In this document: piece by piece, positions 1 to 17,559 of the stretch
Numbering within the stretch: the stretch's first letter is position 1
Layout: each line of letters starts with the position of its first letter
Origin: the human T2T-CHM13v2.0 reference genome, Homo sapiens
NCBI GenBank assembly: GCA_009914755.4
Contig: CP086569.2
Span: 2,208,001-2,272,000 of the forward strand
Length of the DNA: 64,000 nt
Direction: 5' to 3'
Program-made: the position numbers and the translations under genes
Notes under the pieces: model-generated
Seen by the model: the letters and a program-made list of their open reading frames with translations, nothing else
What the model was told of the DNA's origin: nothing
The model's database searches: none

Positions 1-105
1 AGAATCCCTTGAACTAGGGAGGCAGAGGTTGCAGTGAGCTGAGACCATGCCATTGCACTCCAGTCTGGGTGACAGAGTGAGACTCCGTCTCAAAAAAAAA
101 AAAAA
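1..105 (+). mobile_element. Alu 3' fragment (right arm plus A tail)
   Basis: ...gaggcagaggttgcagtgagctgagaccatgccattgcactccagtctgggtgacagagtgagactccgtctcaaaaaaaaaaaaaa. Confidence 0.85.
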
Positions 106-434
106 GGAAATTATCCTAAAAACATGTGCAAAATCTATATTTGAGGCTCTGCGTTGTTGACCCGAATGCTAAAAAGATCAGCATGAAAGGATATGAAACT
201 TCCAAAGAGTCTCCAATATTTTCTCATCTCCTGGCCTCTCCTTTGTAATTTAAAATAAAATTACTGGACCTCACACCAAAAACTTAGTGCTTCTCTCAAG
301 CCAAGTACCTACATTACATTTGACAGGCCACCACCCCCAGATGGCCTTGGTTTTCTTGTCTGCAAAATGGAACAGGATGGACACATGCCCTTTGAGACGT
401 CCCCAAGATCCAAATTCGATTTGTGCTTTTACTA

Positions 435-1624
<1,190 letters not shown>

Positions 1625-1689
1625 GGTAATTAAATATTTGATGCATGAATTGGTTACGGGTCGAAGTATATTTCCTGTCCCCCAAAGAT

Positions 1690-2240
1690 ACGCTAAAATG
1701 ATAACCCTTGGGACCTATGAGTGTGACTTTCTTTGAAACCAGAGTTCTTCTACATATTATTAATTACATGAAAACGAGATCATACTGGATTAAGGTGGGC
1801 CCTGATCCAATCACCTGTCTGTGCTGCTATCACGAAAATATCATAGACTTGGTGGCTTGTAAACAACAGACATTGATTGACTGGGTGTCTTATAAACAAC
1901 AGACGTTTATTGACTGGGTGGCTTATAAACAACAGATAGTTGTTGACCGGGTGGCTTATAAACAATAGACATTTATTGCTCACCTTCTGGACGCTGGAAG
2001 TGCCAGATCAAGGTATGACAGATTGAGTGACTCGAGGGGACTGTCTCTGTTTCCAAGATGGCGCCCTGTTGCTGTGTGCTCACGTAGCCTTAGAGCCCAG
2101 CCTGTTCCCTCCAGCTCTTTTACAGAGCGCTAATCCCATCCATTAAGGCAGATCCCTCATGAGTTCATCACTTCCTAAAGGTCCCACCTCTTAATAAGGT
2201 TGCATCGGGGATTAAATCTCAACAGGACTTTTGGAGGGAG
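1690..2240 (+). mobile_element. MaLR LTR, MLT1-type (family name from memory)
   Basis: tgggacctatgagtgtgac...ttataaacaacagacatttattgctcaccttctggacgctggaagtgccagatcaagg...ctaatcccatccattaagg...cctcttaataagg, the characteristic MLT1-like motif order. Confidence 0.55.
1840..1975. repeat. about 33-bp tandem repeat x4 inside the LTR
   Basis: (gactgggtggcttataaacaacagacatttatt)x4 with small variations. Confidence 0.8.
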
Positions 2241-3089
2241 GCTGTTGTCATTTCACCTTTCAGCACAGACCAAACATCGCCCCTTAAAAAACCAGGAAGC
2301 TTCCCCAGAGAGAATATAAATTATGTCACTAGATTTTATCTGTGTGTCCTGCGTCTCTCTGTTTCACGTTCTGTGGGACTTCTTATCCTTCAGTGAATTA
2401 TTTGAACTGGATCTCTAGGGCATGTTTCTGAAGGGCTTGACTTGTTTTAAAAATTGAACAAATACATTATTCATCTTAGCTTATTTCCTGTTCTGAGTTT
2501 TTTTTTCTTTAATGGGAGACAGAAGAAAGCCAATTTATATAACAGATCTGATTGCCAAATCAGTAGTCTTTACATGTTCTTGCCTTTCAGCTAAAACTGC
2601 AAGTTAAAACTAGAGTTTTTTTGTCTTTTGTTTTTGTGCATTTAAATCCTTCTATTTTAAAATAATATGCTTAAAAAAATAAAGAAAAATAGCCACCCAT
2701 GCAACTCTCTCTCATTTGATATTTTCATTCACAGCCGGTGTTGGTCCCACCCGTCAGATATCTAGACTGTCATTTGGTGATGAGATTTTCCCACCTGGGT
2801 GCTAAAGAGACCACCAGGTTTTTCACCGTGTTACTCAACGCTGGCACTTAGCTCCAGTTCTCAACAATAGACAGTTTTCACAAGGCCTGTTGCTCACAGG
2901 GTCTCTGCAGAAATATTTTGACATCCTAAAATCTGCTTCCTGTTGGTGTACCTCCTTCTGTGGAAGAAAAAGAGGATAAAAAGCACATCTTTCTTAAAAC
3001 CCAGTCTTCATTGAGTAACAGAACATCTTTATGGAGCATTATTCATCTCCTGAAGACCAGATGATGTTGCTCATTCATCAACTTGATCA

Positions 3090-3775
3090 TTAAAAAGTCA
3101 GGAAACAACAGATGCTGGAGAGGATGTGGAGAAATAGGAACGCCTTTACACTGTTGGTGGGAGTGTAAGTTAGTTCAACCATTGTGGAAGACAGTGTGGC
3201 GATTCCTCAAGGATCTAGAACCAGAAATACCATTTGACCCAGCAATCCCGTTACTGGGTATATACCCAAAGGATTATAAATCATCCTACTATAAAGACAC
3301 ATGCACATGTATGTTTACTGCAACACTGTTCACAATAACAAATACTTGGAACCAACCCAAATGCCAATCAATGATAGACTAGATGAAGAAAATGTGGCAC
3401 ATACACACCATGGAATACTATGCAGCCATAAAAAAGGATGAGCTCATGTCATTTGCAAGGACATGGATGAAGCTAGAAACCATCATCCTCAGGAAACTAA
3501 CACAGGAACAGAAAACCAAACACTGCATGTTCTCACTCATAAGTGGGAGGTGAACAATGAGAACACATGGACACAGGGAGGGGAACATCACATACCAGGG
3601 CCTGTCAGGGGGTGGGGGCCTGGGGGAGGGACAGCATTAAGAGAAATACCTAATGTAGATGACAGGTTGATGGGTGCAGCAAACCACCATGGCACGTGTG
3701 TATGTATGTAACAAAACTGCACGTTCTGCACATTTCCCCAGAACTTAAAGTATAATAATAAAAAATAATAATAAT
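3090..3775 (+). mobile_element. L1 3' end (ORF2 C-terminus plus 3'UTR), young L1PA-like
   Basis: ORF 3083-3382 translates to L1 ORF2p tail ([49 protein letters not shown]); 3'UTR motif cattaagagaaatacctaatgtagatgacaggttgatgggtgcagcaaaccaccatggcacgtgtgtatgtatgtaacaaaactgcacgttctgcacatttccccagaacttaaagtataataa. Confidence 0.9.
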
Positions 3776-4339
3776 TTTTTTTGATGAAAGGACATAGTTG
3801 AAACTGCATCTTTAAGTGGTGACCTCCCTGGCTCTGGCTTCTTGTCCCTTTGTGGGCAAGAGGAGAAAGACATTCTGCTTGAATGGAAACCGAAGGTTTC
3901 TCCAAGCATGAAGGAAGAAGAGGGGGGTTACCAAAGATTGTTAGAAGTCAGGACTTACCTTGACATATAGCAGAAGCAAGGAACCAGGGTTTCCACTCTG
4001 TGAGTTTGGAAGAAGCTGAGCAGGAACAACAGAGATATGTCCCTGAGGGTGGACCTCATTCTTCGAGGTCCTATGCTAGCAAAACAGGTGCTGGAGAGGA
4101 GGATGTACTCATTATTGCTTTATTTCATTCTACCATTTTTTTTCTTCAGATATGATACTTACTTCTATCCCCTATATTTCTTAGCTTTGCTTTTATACTT
4201 CCTATTTCTTTTTCCTTTTTCTTTCTATGAAATTTCTTCTATCTTGTCTATAATTTTGGTGATTTCTCCCTCACCTATATACATTCTGCTGTTTATCTAC
4301 TGAAAAATTTATTTCATTGATTATATTTTTGCAACCTAA

Positions 4340-4708
<369 letters not shown>

Positions 4709-5194
4709 CCTTTTTTATTTTTTAGTATGCTTACTCGATGGATTATATATTATTATCCTGATAAAAGAAAAACTTCAGCCAAACTAAATTTAAAGGAGTT
4801 CAATTAAGCAATGAATTTAACGGATCGGGCAGAATCACTGCAGATTCACAGAGACTCCACCGCAGCCATGTGATGCAAGAAGATTTATAGACATACAAAA
4901 ATAAAAGGGAAATGACATACAGAAATCAGCAGGGAGGTACAGAAACAGCTGGCTTGGTTACAGGTTGGCATTTGCCTTATTTGAACACGGGCTGAACTCT
5001 CAGCAGTGTATGAATGGTTGAAGTATGGACGCTGGGATTGGCCAACACTCAGTTACGGTTACAGCCACATAAGCCTAAGTTAGGTTTTCAATCTTGCCTG
5101 CCTATTAAGCTAGGTAAGAGTTCATCCACAAGGACTCAAATATAGAAGTATGGACTGCTTCCCAGGCAATATTTAGTTTGATTTAACAATTCTC

Positions 5195-5515
<321 letters not shown>

Positions 5516-7234
5516 AATCCTCAATATTCTGTTTGCTTTTGTGAAATCTTTATTTAATATGCTAGATTTTTTTAAATGTTGATGCTTTGGAAAAGCGTTG
5601 TTATCTTTGCCTATGAGCAAGTTTTTCCCGGAGTATTTGGCTTTTCTGTGAAGTAACCCCATGTCCTTTTGAAAGACTGTTTCTGGAAATGCAGCTGCCA
5701 AGTTGGGAGGAAACCCAAGCAACCATTTGGGAATGACCCCACGGAAGAGAAACAAGGCCTCTGGCCAACACCCCCAGCTCTTCCGAGGTACCTGCCAGCA
5801 ACAACTCTCAGCCATGTGAATGAAGTCACTTCGGACTCTGCACCTGCCTCAGTGCTCCAGCCACCACCACCACATTCAGCAGAACCACCTGGCCAACCCA
5901 TCAGATAATGAGAACTCATATATTAAGTCCTTAAAAAAAAAAAAAAAAAGCACCAGCTGATGCCGTCTTTGCCTGCTGACACCTTCACCACACCCTTTGC
6001 TCTGAAAAATTCAGTTGACAAAATTAGTTTGAAATGCGAATGCCAGGGCTTTATTTATTGTCATTATTTTGGACAATATCCCCAGTACGTTTGGGACATT
6101 TTATCACCGTTCAAAGGACCTCTTAGTGTGGAGAAAACTGAGCCTATTTCGGATTTCAAATAAGTAGGAGAGAGATTTAAAATTACTCTGACCTAGTAAA
6201 CTCTCAAAAAAAAGTAATGCATTTCCCTAGAATGAGATGATATTTGAAAAGCTGATTATAAATCATTTCATTCTACTCACTAAATCAGGGCTGCGTTGCT
6301 CTGCTATCTATTAGGACTTTAATAATGTGTTACCTTTTGAATGCAGTAAGAATTCAATCTTTGAAACTCTCATAATACAAAGCTTAGGATAATATAAACT
6401 CAGTCAAAGTGAGATTCTTTGACATGAACTCTTCATGTTTTTTCATTCAAAGAGGAGAACTCTGTCCTTTCCTTCATTCTCCCTTTTTTAGTAGAAAAAG
6501 TAATTCTTGTAGAAGATACGTATTCCTTCAGATCTCTCAAATTTCCTCTCTAGTGACATCTGCTTCACCAACATTCCTTTTTTCCCCTTTTCCTTGTTCT
6601 TGTTCATTTTCCTTTATCGTCTGTGTTTTTCTCATACTTAATTTGCTTCGTGATTTAGGAACTTTTGTTTTACTGGGATTTGTCACTTGAAAGTCCCAAT
6701 CCTTTCACGGTCTATCCAGGCCTTTCAACCGTGCCAATAACCGGCTAAGTCTGCAGTAGTCTGGATGGAATTGTTTTGCACAAGGTCCAGACGGCGTCCA
6801 GTCTTTGTCTCTGCAAGCCTGCTTCTCATTGACTCTTAGATCGGCTCTCCTGTTCCAGCTGCAATTTTCCACAGTGCCTCTTTGTTTCAGAATTGGAGCA
6901 GTAACCCCTTTTCTTTTTATTTCCAGTCAGCTTTTTTTCCTGCCCCCAAGTAGCAGAGACTGCAGTGCACATAAAGTTAGGGACTCAGCTTGTGTCTGTA
7001 TAAATATTTGACCTGAATCTAGACAAGATGCAGGTGCGTGGTTTTTCTGATTTATTTTTACACTCAGGCAACTCATCTTTTTTGCTGCTTCTACCCTCGT
7101 GAGAGGTAAGAGCTGGGAGTCACACCAGATTCAATTCAGCCAGTGTGCTGCTATCCGTTTCTTTTAGGCTGACTCTCTCTACTGTTTGACACAGCTGCCT
7201 CGCTAGCTCATGGCCATGTGTAAAATCAGCATTA

Positions 7235-7576
<342 letters not shown>

Positions 7577-7811
7577 TTATTGACTGGGCTTTCAGGCACC
7601 ATTGTTTAAAAAGACTTGCTGAAAAACAAAGCAAGCTTACCCCATTTCCTCTACTCCATCCGGAGTCAACTGTCACAGCTAAGAGTTGTGATGATCTCCA
7701 AAAAGTGTTGGATATTGGAAGCCTTGATGTTCGAACTGCAGAGATTTTTCTACAGCAGAAGTGGAAGAAGGTTTTCTGGTGAAGGACAGACTTGAAGATA
7801 GCTCACCATGA

Positions 7812-8178
<367 letters not shown>

Positions 8179-8754
8179 CAGTACCATACGTTTTACTATA
8201 GATATCATCTCCAAGGAGGGCAGAGAGAAGAGTAAAAATAGCAAAATTCAGAGATGGTTACACACTTTCTTTTTGTTGTTATTGTTTTCATTCCTTTGTC
8301 CTCTGCTACATCACAGGCTTTCAGTTCTCCAAGTGGGATGCGCTGTGGTGCTTATTTAATTTCAGTCTCCTTTTCCCAGTCACCTGTTAGGAAGCTGTGG
8401 GTTCGTCCTTGTTCAATTAGTCATGGAATTTGAACACTGATAATGGCTTCTGAAATGTAATTTAAATTGTAGATTTGTGATATCTGCTAGTATGTATTCA
8501 TTCTCAAAGCCAGCCTCATTTTTATTAGTCACAGTTTTGAATTATTTACTAGTTTCTTTCATTAGAATTGAAAAATGATATTTTAGATTGTTTCAGATGT
8601 CTGTGCCTTAAAGTAAATGAAAATGGGAGCTGAAAGAAATCTATATCTTTCTTACTCTGAGAGCAATTCATGGACATTCCCTTCTGTTTATAGTTTCATA
8701 GGAGTTTTAAGTGATTTTAAAATACAGGGCTTCCAGTTATATTGGGGGAATAAT

Positions 8755-9363
<609 letters not shown>

Positions 9364-9442
9364 TGATTTATCAGTGCAAGTTGTTTTATTACTGATAAAC
9401 TACTGGAGAATGGATGCACATTTTTCTTGAACTTTCTGTTTT

Positions 9443-9605
9443 TCTTTTTTTTTGACAGGGTCTAGCTCTGTCACCCAGACTGGAGTGCAGTGGCAGGATC
9501 ATGGCTCACCTTAGCCTTGACCTCCCAGGCTCAATGATCCTCCCATCTCAGCCTCCCGATTAGCTGGGGACTGCAGGCACACAACATAATGCTCAGCTAA
9601 TTGTT
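9443..9605 (-). mobile_element. Alu fragment (right arm only, AluJ-like)
   Basis: gacagggtctagctctgtcacccagactggagtgcagtggcaggatcatggctcaccttagccttgacctcccaggctcaatgatcctcccatctcagcctcccgattagctgggg. Confidence 0.7.
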
Positions 9606-9619
9606 TTTTCTTTTTCTTT

Positions 9620-10092
<473 letters not shown>

Positions 10093-10350
10093 TGAGCTGT
10101 TTTCCTTGTGGATCATTGAAAGCTACGCCCTCAAAAGGCAAAAATGGGCAGCTCCCTGCATCTTGCATTCAGGTTTCTGAAAAAAAAAAAAAAAAAAAAA
10201 AAAAAAGCTTAAGTCACACTGACTGCTGGTTTTTTCTTGTCATATTGAATCTCCAAGATGTGCCTTCAGACATTTCCTCTGGGTCTGTTGGAGGATAGGT
10301 TTCGTTTGACCTGAGATTTCATTAATTTTCTCCGAGAGGCGTTTGCTTAG

Positions 10351-10727
<377 letters not shown>

Positions 10728-10987
10728 CTTTCTTACTTAACCTGATGTAATGTCTTTCACGTGTGTTGGAGTTTATGGAACTTCAATTTCATTGATGGAC
10801 GACTACCCCAGGCACTTCCATTTTATTCCTTTCACCAGATGTTCCTGTTTAATTCTCTCTTATTAATGTCATAACCTGCTCGTGTTCTTTTGTACAAATA
10901 ATAAACGTTCATTCATGGGAATACCTCAATGCAAAAACGTGTACTCACCATCCTTCCTCAATTTAAGTGCTTAAAAAAATAACCTCT

Positions 10988-11689
<702 letters not shown>

Positions 11690-12664
11690 TTATAATAAGA
11701 AAAAATTATTGAACATAATTATGTTACTCATGATGTGTCCATCCTCACTCCCCCAAAAAATTGGCATCAAAATCTCACTTTGACTCCAGATGTTTACCAA
11801 AATGCATTCACTTTCAGCTGAAAGATGTTTTGTGGCCAAAAAGAAAAAAATAACCTGGAAATAGACCAATGTTTCCTCATGCTGCAAAAGGTCTGCTTTG
11901 GCTTGATAAGGCGATCAGGTGTTTGCAAAACATTTCCACCCTCTTTTTTTTTTAGTAACAGAAAAGTTGGCACTTCTGCTAGCCCAACATTTTTGCACAC
12001 AGAAGTTTTCTCAGTTAAAAGCTGCCTGGGACGGTGCCTCCAGCTTGAAATTCTTCTGCATCTCTGCACAGCACTGTGCTGAATTTTGCAAGTGCCGCCA
12101 ACAAGAAGCTGCGGCAGGGTGCTGGGAATTTCACAGAAAGCTATTCCCTTTTTCCTACCTGGTTATAGAAACTGCTTTTTCTTTAGAATGTTATAGTTAC
12201 CCTTTGAATAGTGGCTTATCATTTCAATACATTTTTGTATGAATTTTAAATGCCTATATTCAACCCAACTTTTTCCTTTCTCCTAGGGGGCTGATACCGT
12301 CAGGACAGCGGCTTGCTGAAAGTTTTAACAATGAATTCTGCAAAAAAAAAAAAAAAAAAAAGAAACCCTGGTCAGAGCCTATGCCAATTTCTCTGGTGTA
12401 AATTTTCCTCTTGTGGTTGATTTAAAGGTACTCAGGTGAGATTATGGAATGCGGATTTGGAAAGAGATAATGCCCTGTTGGTTCTCATAAGCTCATACGA
12501 GCTACTCCTAGCACCCCTGTATGTCAAGGTGTACAAGGCAGAGAAAGATGACAAGCTGGTGATCTTGGGAGGGAAAACCTTAGTCCCCACAGGTGATTGG
12601 TTCAAAGGGCGCTATGACCACTGCAGCAGGAGCACAATCTGATATGGAGTTCAATGCTCCTGGG

Positions 12665-13212
12665 AAGATGTGTTTAGACCGGGGATCTCCAACCCCTAGC
12701 TGCAGATTTGTACCAGTCTGTGGCCTGTTAGGAACTGGGATGCCCAGCAGGAGGTGAGCAGAAGGCACCTCTATTTACATCTGTATTTACAGCATCTGTA
12801 TTTGCAGCTGCTTCTGATCACTGCCATTACCATCTGAGCTCTGCCTCCCGTCAGGTCAGTGGTGGCATTAGATTATCGTGGAAGCATGAATCCTATTGTG
12901 AACTGCCCATATGAGAGATCGAAGTTGCATGCTCCTTATAAGAATCTAGTGCCTGATGATCTGTCACTGTCTCCCATCAACCCCAGATGGGACCATGTAG
13001 TTGCAGGAAAACAAGTCACGGCTCCCACTGATTCTACATGATGGCAAGCTGTAGACTTATTTCACTATGTATTCCAATGTAATAGTAATAGAAATAAAGT
13101 GCACAATGAATGCAGGGTACTTGAATCATCCTGAAACCATCTGCCCATCCCCTGGTCCACGGAAAAATTGTCTTCCGCAAAACCTGTCCCTGGTGCCAAG
13201 AAGTTTGGGGAC
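12665..13212. mobile_element. MITE-like DNA-transposon relic (palindromic MER-type element; family not certain)
   Basis: ends 'ggggatctccaacccctagctgcag...' and '...ggaaaaattgtcttccgcaaaacctgtccctggtgccaagaagtttggggaccactg' are inverted-complementary; internal 'cagtggtggcattagattatcgtggaagcatgaatcctattgtgaactgcccatatgagagatcgaagttgcatgctccttataagaatctagtgcctgatgatct' matches a very common human MER-type DNA-element consensus from memory. Confidence 0.5.
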
Positions 13213-14025
13213 CACTGGTGCAGACCTTTCTCCCCTCCTTCTGAAAATCTTCTGGCCAGAGTCCTGCTGTGTGACGGTTAGGATTGAGGGTCAACTTGAT
13301 CGGATTGAAGGATGCAAAGCATTGTTCCTGGGTGTGTCTGTGAGGGTGTTTCCAAAGGAGATTCACATTTGAGTCAGTGGACTGGGAGATGCAGACCCAC
13401 CCTCATTGTGGGTGGGAACGATCTCATCAGCTCCCAGTGTGGCTAGGATAAAAGCAGGCAGAGGAACATGGAATGAGAAGACTTGCTGAGTCTCCCGGCC
13501 TCCATCTTCCACCCGTGCTGGCTGCTTCCTGCCCTCGAACATCAGACTCCAAGGTCTTCAGTGCTTGGACTCTTGGACCTACAGTGGTTTGCCAGGGGCC
13601 TATCGGGCCTTTGGCCACAGACTAAAGGCTGCACTTTCAGCTTCCCTACTTTTTAGGTTTAGGGACTCGGACTGGCTTCCTGGCTCCTCACCTTGCAGAT
13701 GGGCTATTGTAGGACTTCACCTTGTGATTATGTGAGTCAGTTATCCTAGTAAATTCCCCTTCATATATACATCTATCTGATTAGTTCTGTCCCTCAAGAG
13801 CACCCTGACTAATATATACTGGAAATGGCCTCTGTTACCCAGACATGTGCCTCCAAGGAGAAAGTTCTTGGAAGCCAGATGAGTTCTCTCTATGACCTTC
13901 AATTCAACACGTGGATGAAGGTGTGGAATGAGGCAGTAGGAAGGGCTCTGAGCCAGGCATGCTGAGAGCTTATCATCACATAACAACACTGGGATTGTCA
14001 GGCTCTTCAGAGATACAGAACTAAT

Positions 14026-14414
14026 ATAGTTTGAATATTTGTCTCCTCCAAATCTCACTTTGAAATTTGGCCCCTAATGTTGGTGGTAGGGCCTAGTGGG
14101 AGGTATTTGGGTGATGGGAGCAGATCTCTCATGAATGTCTTTGTTCTGTCTCTACAGTAATTAATGAGTTCTTGCTCTGTTTGTTCACATGAGAGCTGGT
14201 TGTTTAAAACAGCCTGGCACCTCTCTCTCTCACCTCCTTTCTCACCCTGTGACATGCCAGCTCCACTTCACCTTCCACCATGAGTGGAAGCTTCCTGAGG
14301 CCTCACCAGAAGCAGATGCTGGCTCCATGCTTGTACAGTCTGCAGAACTGTGAGCCAAATAAACCTCTTTTCTTTATAAACCACACAGCCTCTGGTATGC
14401 CTTTAGAGCAATGT
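14026..14414 (+). mobile_element. MaLR LTR (MST/THE1-like), forward
   Basis: 5' 'tttgaatatttgtctcctccaaatctcactttgaaatttggcccctaatgttggtggtagggcctagtgggaggta...' and 3' '...ctgcagaactgtgagccaaataaacctcttttctttataaaccacacagcctctggtatgcctttagagcaatgtgtat'. Confidence 0.65.
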
Positions 14415-14830
14415 GTATTAGTTTGTTCTCACATTGCTATAAAGAACTATCTGAAGCTGGGTAATCCATAGAGAAAAAAGGTTTAATTGGCTCATGGTTC
14501 CATAGGCTATACAAGAGGCATGGCTGGGGAGGCCTCAGGAAACTTACAATCATGGCAGAAGGTGAAGAAGAAGGAGGCACTTCTTACATGGTTGGAGTAG
14601 AAGAAACAGAGTGAAGCAGGAGGTGGTACACACTTTTAAACAACTAGATGTCTTGTGAACTCACTCACTATCACACAAACAGCAAGGGGGGAATCCACCC
14701 CTTGATCCAGTCACCTCCCACCATGCCCTCTCTCCATTATTGGAGATTACAATGGGATGTGAGATTTGGGTGGGGACACAAATCCAAATCACATCACATT
14801 GCAAAACAGACTAAGACAAGAACCAGACAA
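14415..14830 (-). mobile_element. MaLR LTR (THE1/MST-like), reverse, abutting the previous LTR tail-to-tail
   Basis: tgtattagtttgttctcacattgctataaagaactatctgaagctgggtaatccatagagaaaaaaggtttaattggctcatggttccataggc...ccaccatgccctctctccattattggagattacaatgggatgtgagatttgggtggggacacaaatccaaatcacatca = reverse complement of the THE1/MST LTR consensus. Confidence 0.7.
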
Positions 14831-15520
14831 ATAAACATATAAAACAGGATTCACTCTGGGAATTGGCCCACATGATTATGGAGGCTGAGAAATTTCATGA
14901 TCTGCCATCTGGAAGCTGGAGAACCAGGGAAACGGGTGGCACAAAACAGTCAGAATCCAAAGGCCTAAGGGTGGGTGTGGAAGGTGCGGGGAACTGAGGG
15001 GCTCTGCTCGTGTAAGTCCTGGAGTCCAAAGACACAAGAACCAAGAGCTCTGCTCTCTGAGGAGATGGATGTCCCAGCTCAAAAACAGAGAGGAAGTTTT
15101 CCCTTCCTCTACCTTTTTCCTCTACTTGGGCCCTCCATGGATTGAGTGATGCCCACTCCTAGTGGTGAGAGTCTTCTTTACTCAGTCTGCTTGTTCAAAT
15201 GCAAATCTCTTCTGCAAACACACTCACAGACACACCTAAGGGTTTTACCAGCTACCTGGGCGTCCCATAGCCCAGGCAAGTTGACATGTACAGTTAACCA
15301 TCACTTCCACCTACACATCGGCTGAGTTCCTCCATCTGCCAGGACTCCCTGGCCAATGTGGAATAACACTCTCTTGGCTTCCTTCTGAGGCTTGCTGGGG
15401 AATCAAATGAGAATTTGCAAGCCTGAAAGTTTGTATTAAAGAGTGTGATGCCAGTTTTTGATATTTGGTTGCTGACAACTTCCAAGTGCACCCTCTCAAT
15501 TCCCGTGGAATGGAGATATC
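14830..15520. mobile_element. old interspersed repeat (LTR-like, unclassified) forming the spacer of the inverted repeat
   Basis: ctgggaattggcccacatgattatggaggctgagaaatttcatgatctgccatctggaagctggagaaccagg...cagtctgcttgttcaaatgcaaatctcttctgcaaacacactcacagacacacc matches a common human repeat consensus from memory. Confidence 0.4.
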
Positions 15521-15720
15521 TTTATTTGTCTGGTTCTTGTCTTAGTCCATTTTGCATTGTGATGTGATTTGGATTAGTGTCCCCACCCAAATCTCACATC
15601 CAATTGTAATCTCCAATAATGGAGAAAGGGCATGGTGGGAGGTGACTGGATCAAGGGGTGGATTCCCCCCTTGCTGTTTGTGTGATAATGAGTGAGTTCA
15701 CAAGACATCTAGTCTGTTCT
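15521..15720 (+). mobile_element. MaLR LTR 5' fragment, forward; inverted near-identical copy of 14636-14828
   Basis: gtgatttggattagtgtccccacccaaatctcacatccaattgtaatctccaataatggagaaagggcatggtgggaggtgactggatcaagggg... Confidence 0.7.
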
Positions 15721-15823
15721 CCCCACAAATGATGACAAAGCACATCTTGGCAAACTGCTGATAAAGCCCAGGTGCTTGCTCCTTTGGTGCCAGTGGGAGC
15801 TTGAAATCAGGTAAGGCCGGGTG

Positions 15824-16161
<338 letters not shown>

Positions 16162-16299
16162 CTACCCTGCTCCTTACCCACAATAAAAATTCAATCTAGA
16201 GTTTTTTCTTTACCATCTTGGTCTATTCTGGATCAGCTTGGAAGATCTTTCCTGCTCTCCCACAAAAGCTGTATTATGTAAGAAATATGTGTTTGCATA

Positions 16300-16350
16300 C
16301 TCTGTTTGTATGTGTGTATGTGTGTATGTGGGGGGTGGGGTGGGGGGGTC
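16300..16350. repeat. (TGTGTA)n plus G-run simple repeat
   Basis: gtatgtgtgtatgtgtgtatgtggggggtggggtggggggg. Confidence 0.85.
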
Positions 16351-16419
16351 ATGAGTCTTGACATCCTGACCAAATTTGGGAGGAACAGGTGCATCCTATT
16401 ATTTCAAGATGGCCTCACC

Positions 16420-16722
16420 AGCGCAGCATGGTGGCTCATGCCTGTAATCTTAGCATTTGGGGAGGCCAAGACAGGAAGTTCGCTTGAGACCAACAGTTTC
16501 AGACCAGGCTGTGCAACATAGCGAGATCTTATCTCTCTAAAAAAAATTAGCCAGGCCTGGTGGCACGCACCCCTATAGTCCCAGCTTCTCAGGAGGCTAA
16601 GAAGAGAGGATCACTTGAGCCCAGGAGTTCAAGCCTTCAGTGAGCCATGATTCCACCACTGCACTCCAGTCCCAGGCTCTTAGAATGAGACCTTGCTTTA
16701 AAAAAAAAAAAAAAAAAAAAAG
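16420..16722 (+). mobile_element. Alu (AluJ-like)
   Basis: gcgcagcatggtggctcatgcctgtaatcttagcatttggggaggccaagacaggaag...ggaggctaagaagagaggatcacttgagcccaggagttcaag...; A21 tail. Confidence 0.85.
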
Positions 16723-16757
16723 GCTATGGCTACACTAGTGTCCTTGGATAAAAGTAA

Positions 16758-17093
<336 letters not shown>

Positions 17094-17559
17094 CACAAGG
17101 CCATAATTCAATTGTGAAGTTCCCAGTTGCCGATGATCCTGGCCTGCCTTCCTCAGTTAGAACCTTCTAGGCATGCACACAGGTGGGGTGGTCTGTGTTT
17201 TTCTTTTCCTTTTTCCATTTACATGGGATTTTAGACACACTGTGTAGTTGGAAGACTGGAAGATTTCTATTTGTAAATGAAATTCGACCTGAATGAGAAA
17301 GAGTCGTAACTCTACAGGGATCATCCATCAATGCCTAAGTTCCTTCCATCCCCAGTTTGAACACATCTGTTATGCATGAGACTCCTTAAGCTGCACAAAA
17401 AGCACACACTCATTTCATGCGATGGACAGCCGGAAGCAGTGCATCCTGCAGGCTAGGATGTGTTGCTTTGTTGAAAGCTTTGCCGGACAGCCTGTAATTT
17501 GGAGGGAGAACGGCCTGAAGCATTCAGATTCAGCAAAAGGCTCTTCTTTTGAAACCAGA

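Noticed and set aside
3083-3382. 99-aa ORF with clear L1 ORF2p similarity
   Set aside because: It is the C-terminal tail of a 5'-truncated L1 (only about 680 bp of L1 present). It belongs to the mobile element and is not a host gene.
5560-5950. Unique sequence ending in A19 (5932-5950), and similar stand-alone poly(A) tracts at 10180-10207 (A27) and 12338-12361 (A21); considered as possible tails of retroposed processed transcripts
   Set aside because: No AATAAA within 10-35 nt upstream and no flanking direct repeat found by eye. They are more simply explained as A-microsatellites or tails of very old, unrecognisable retroelements.
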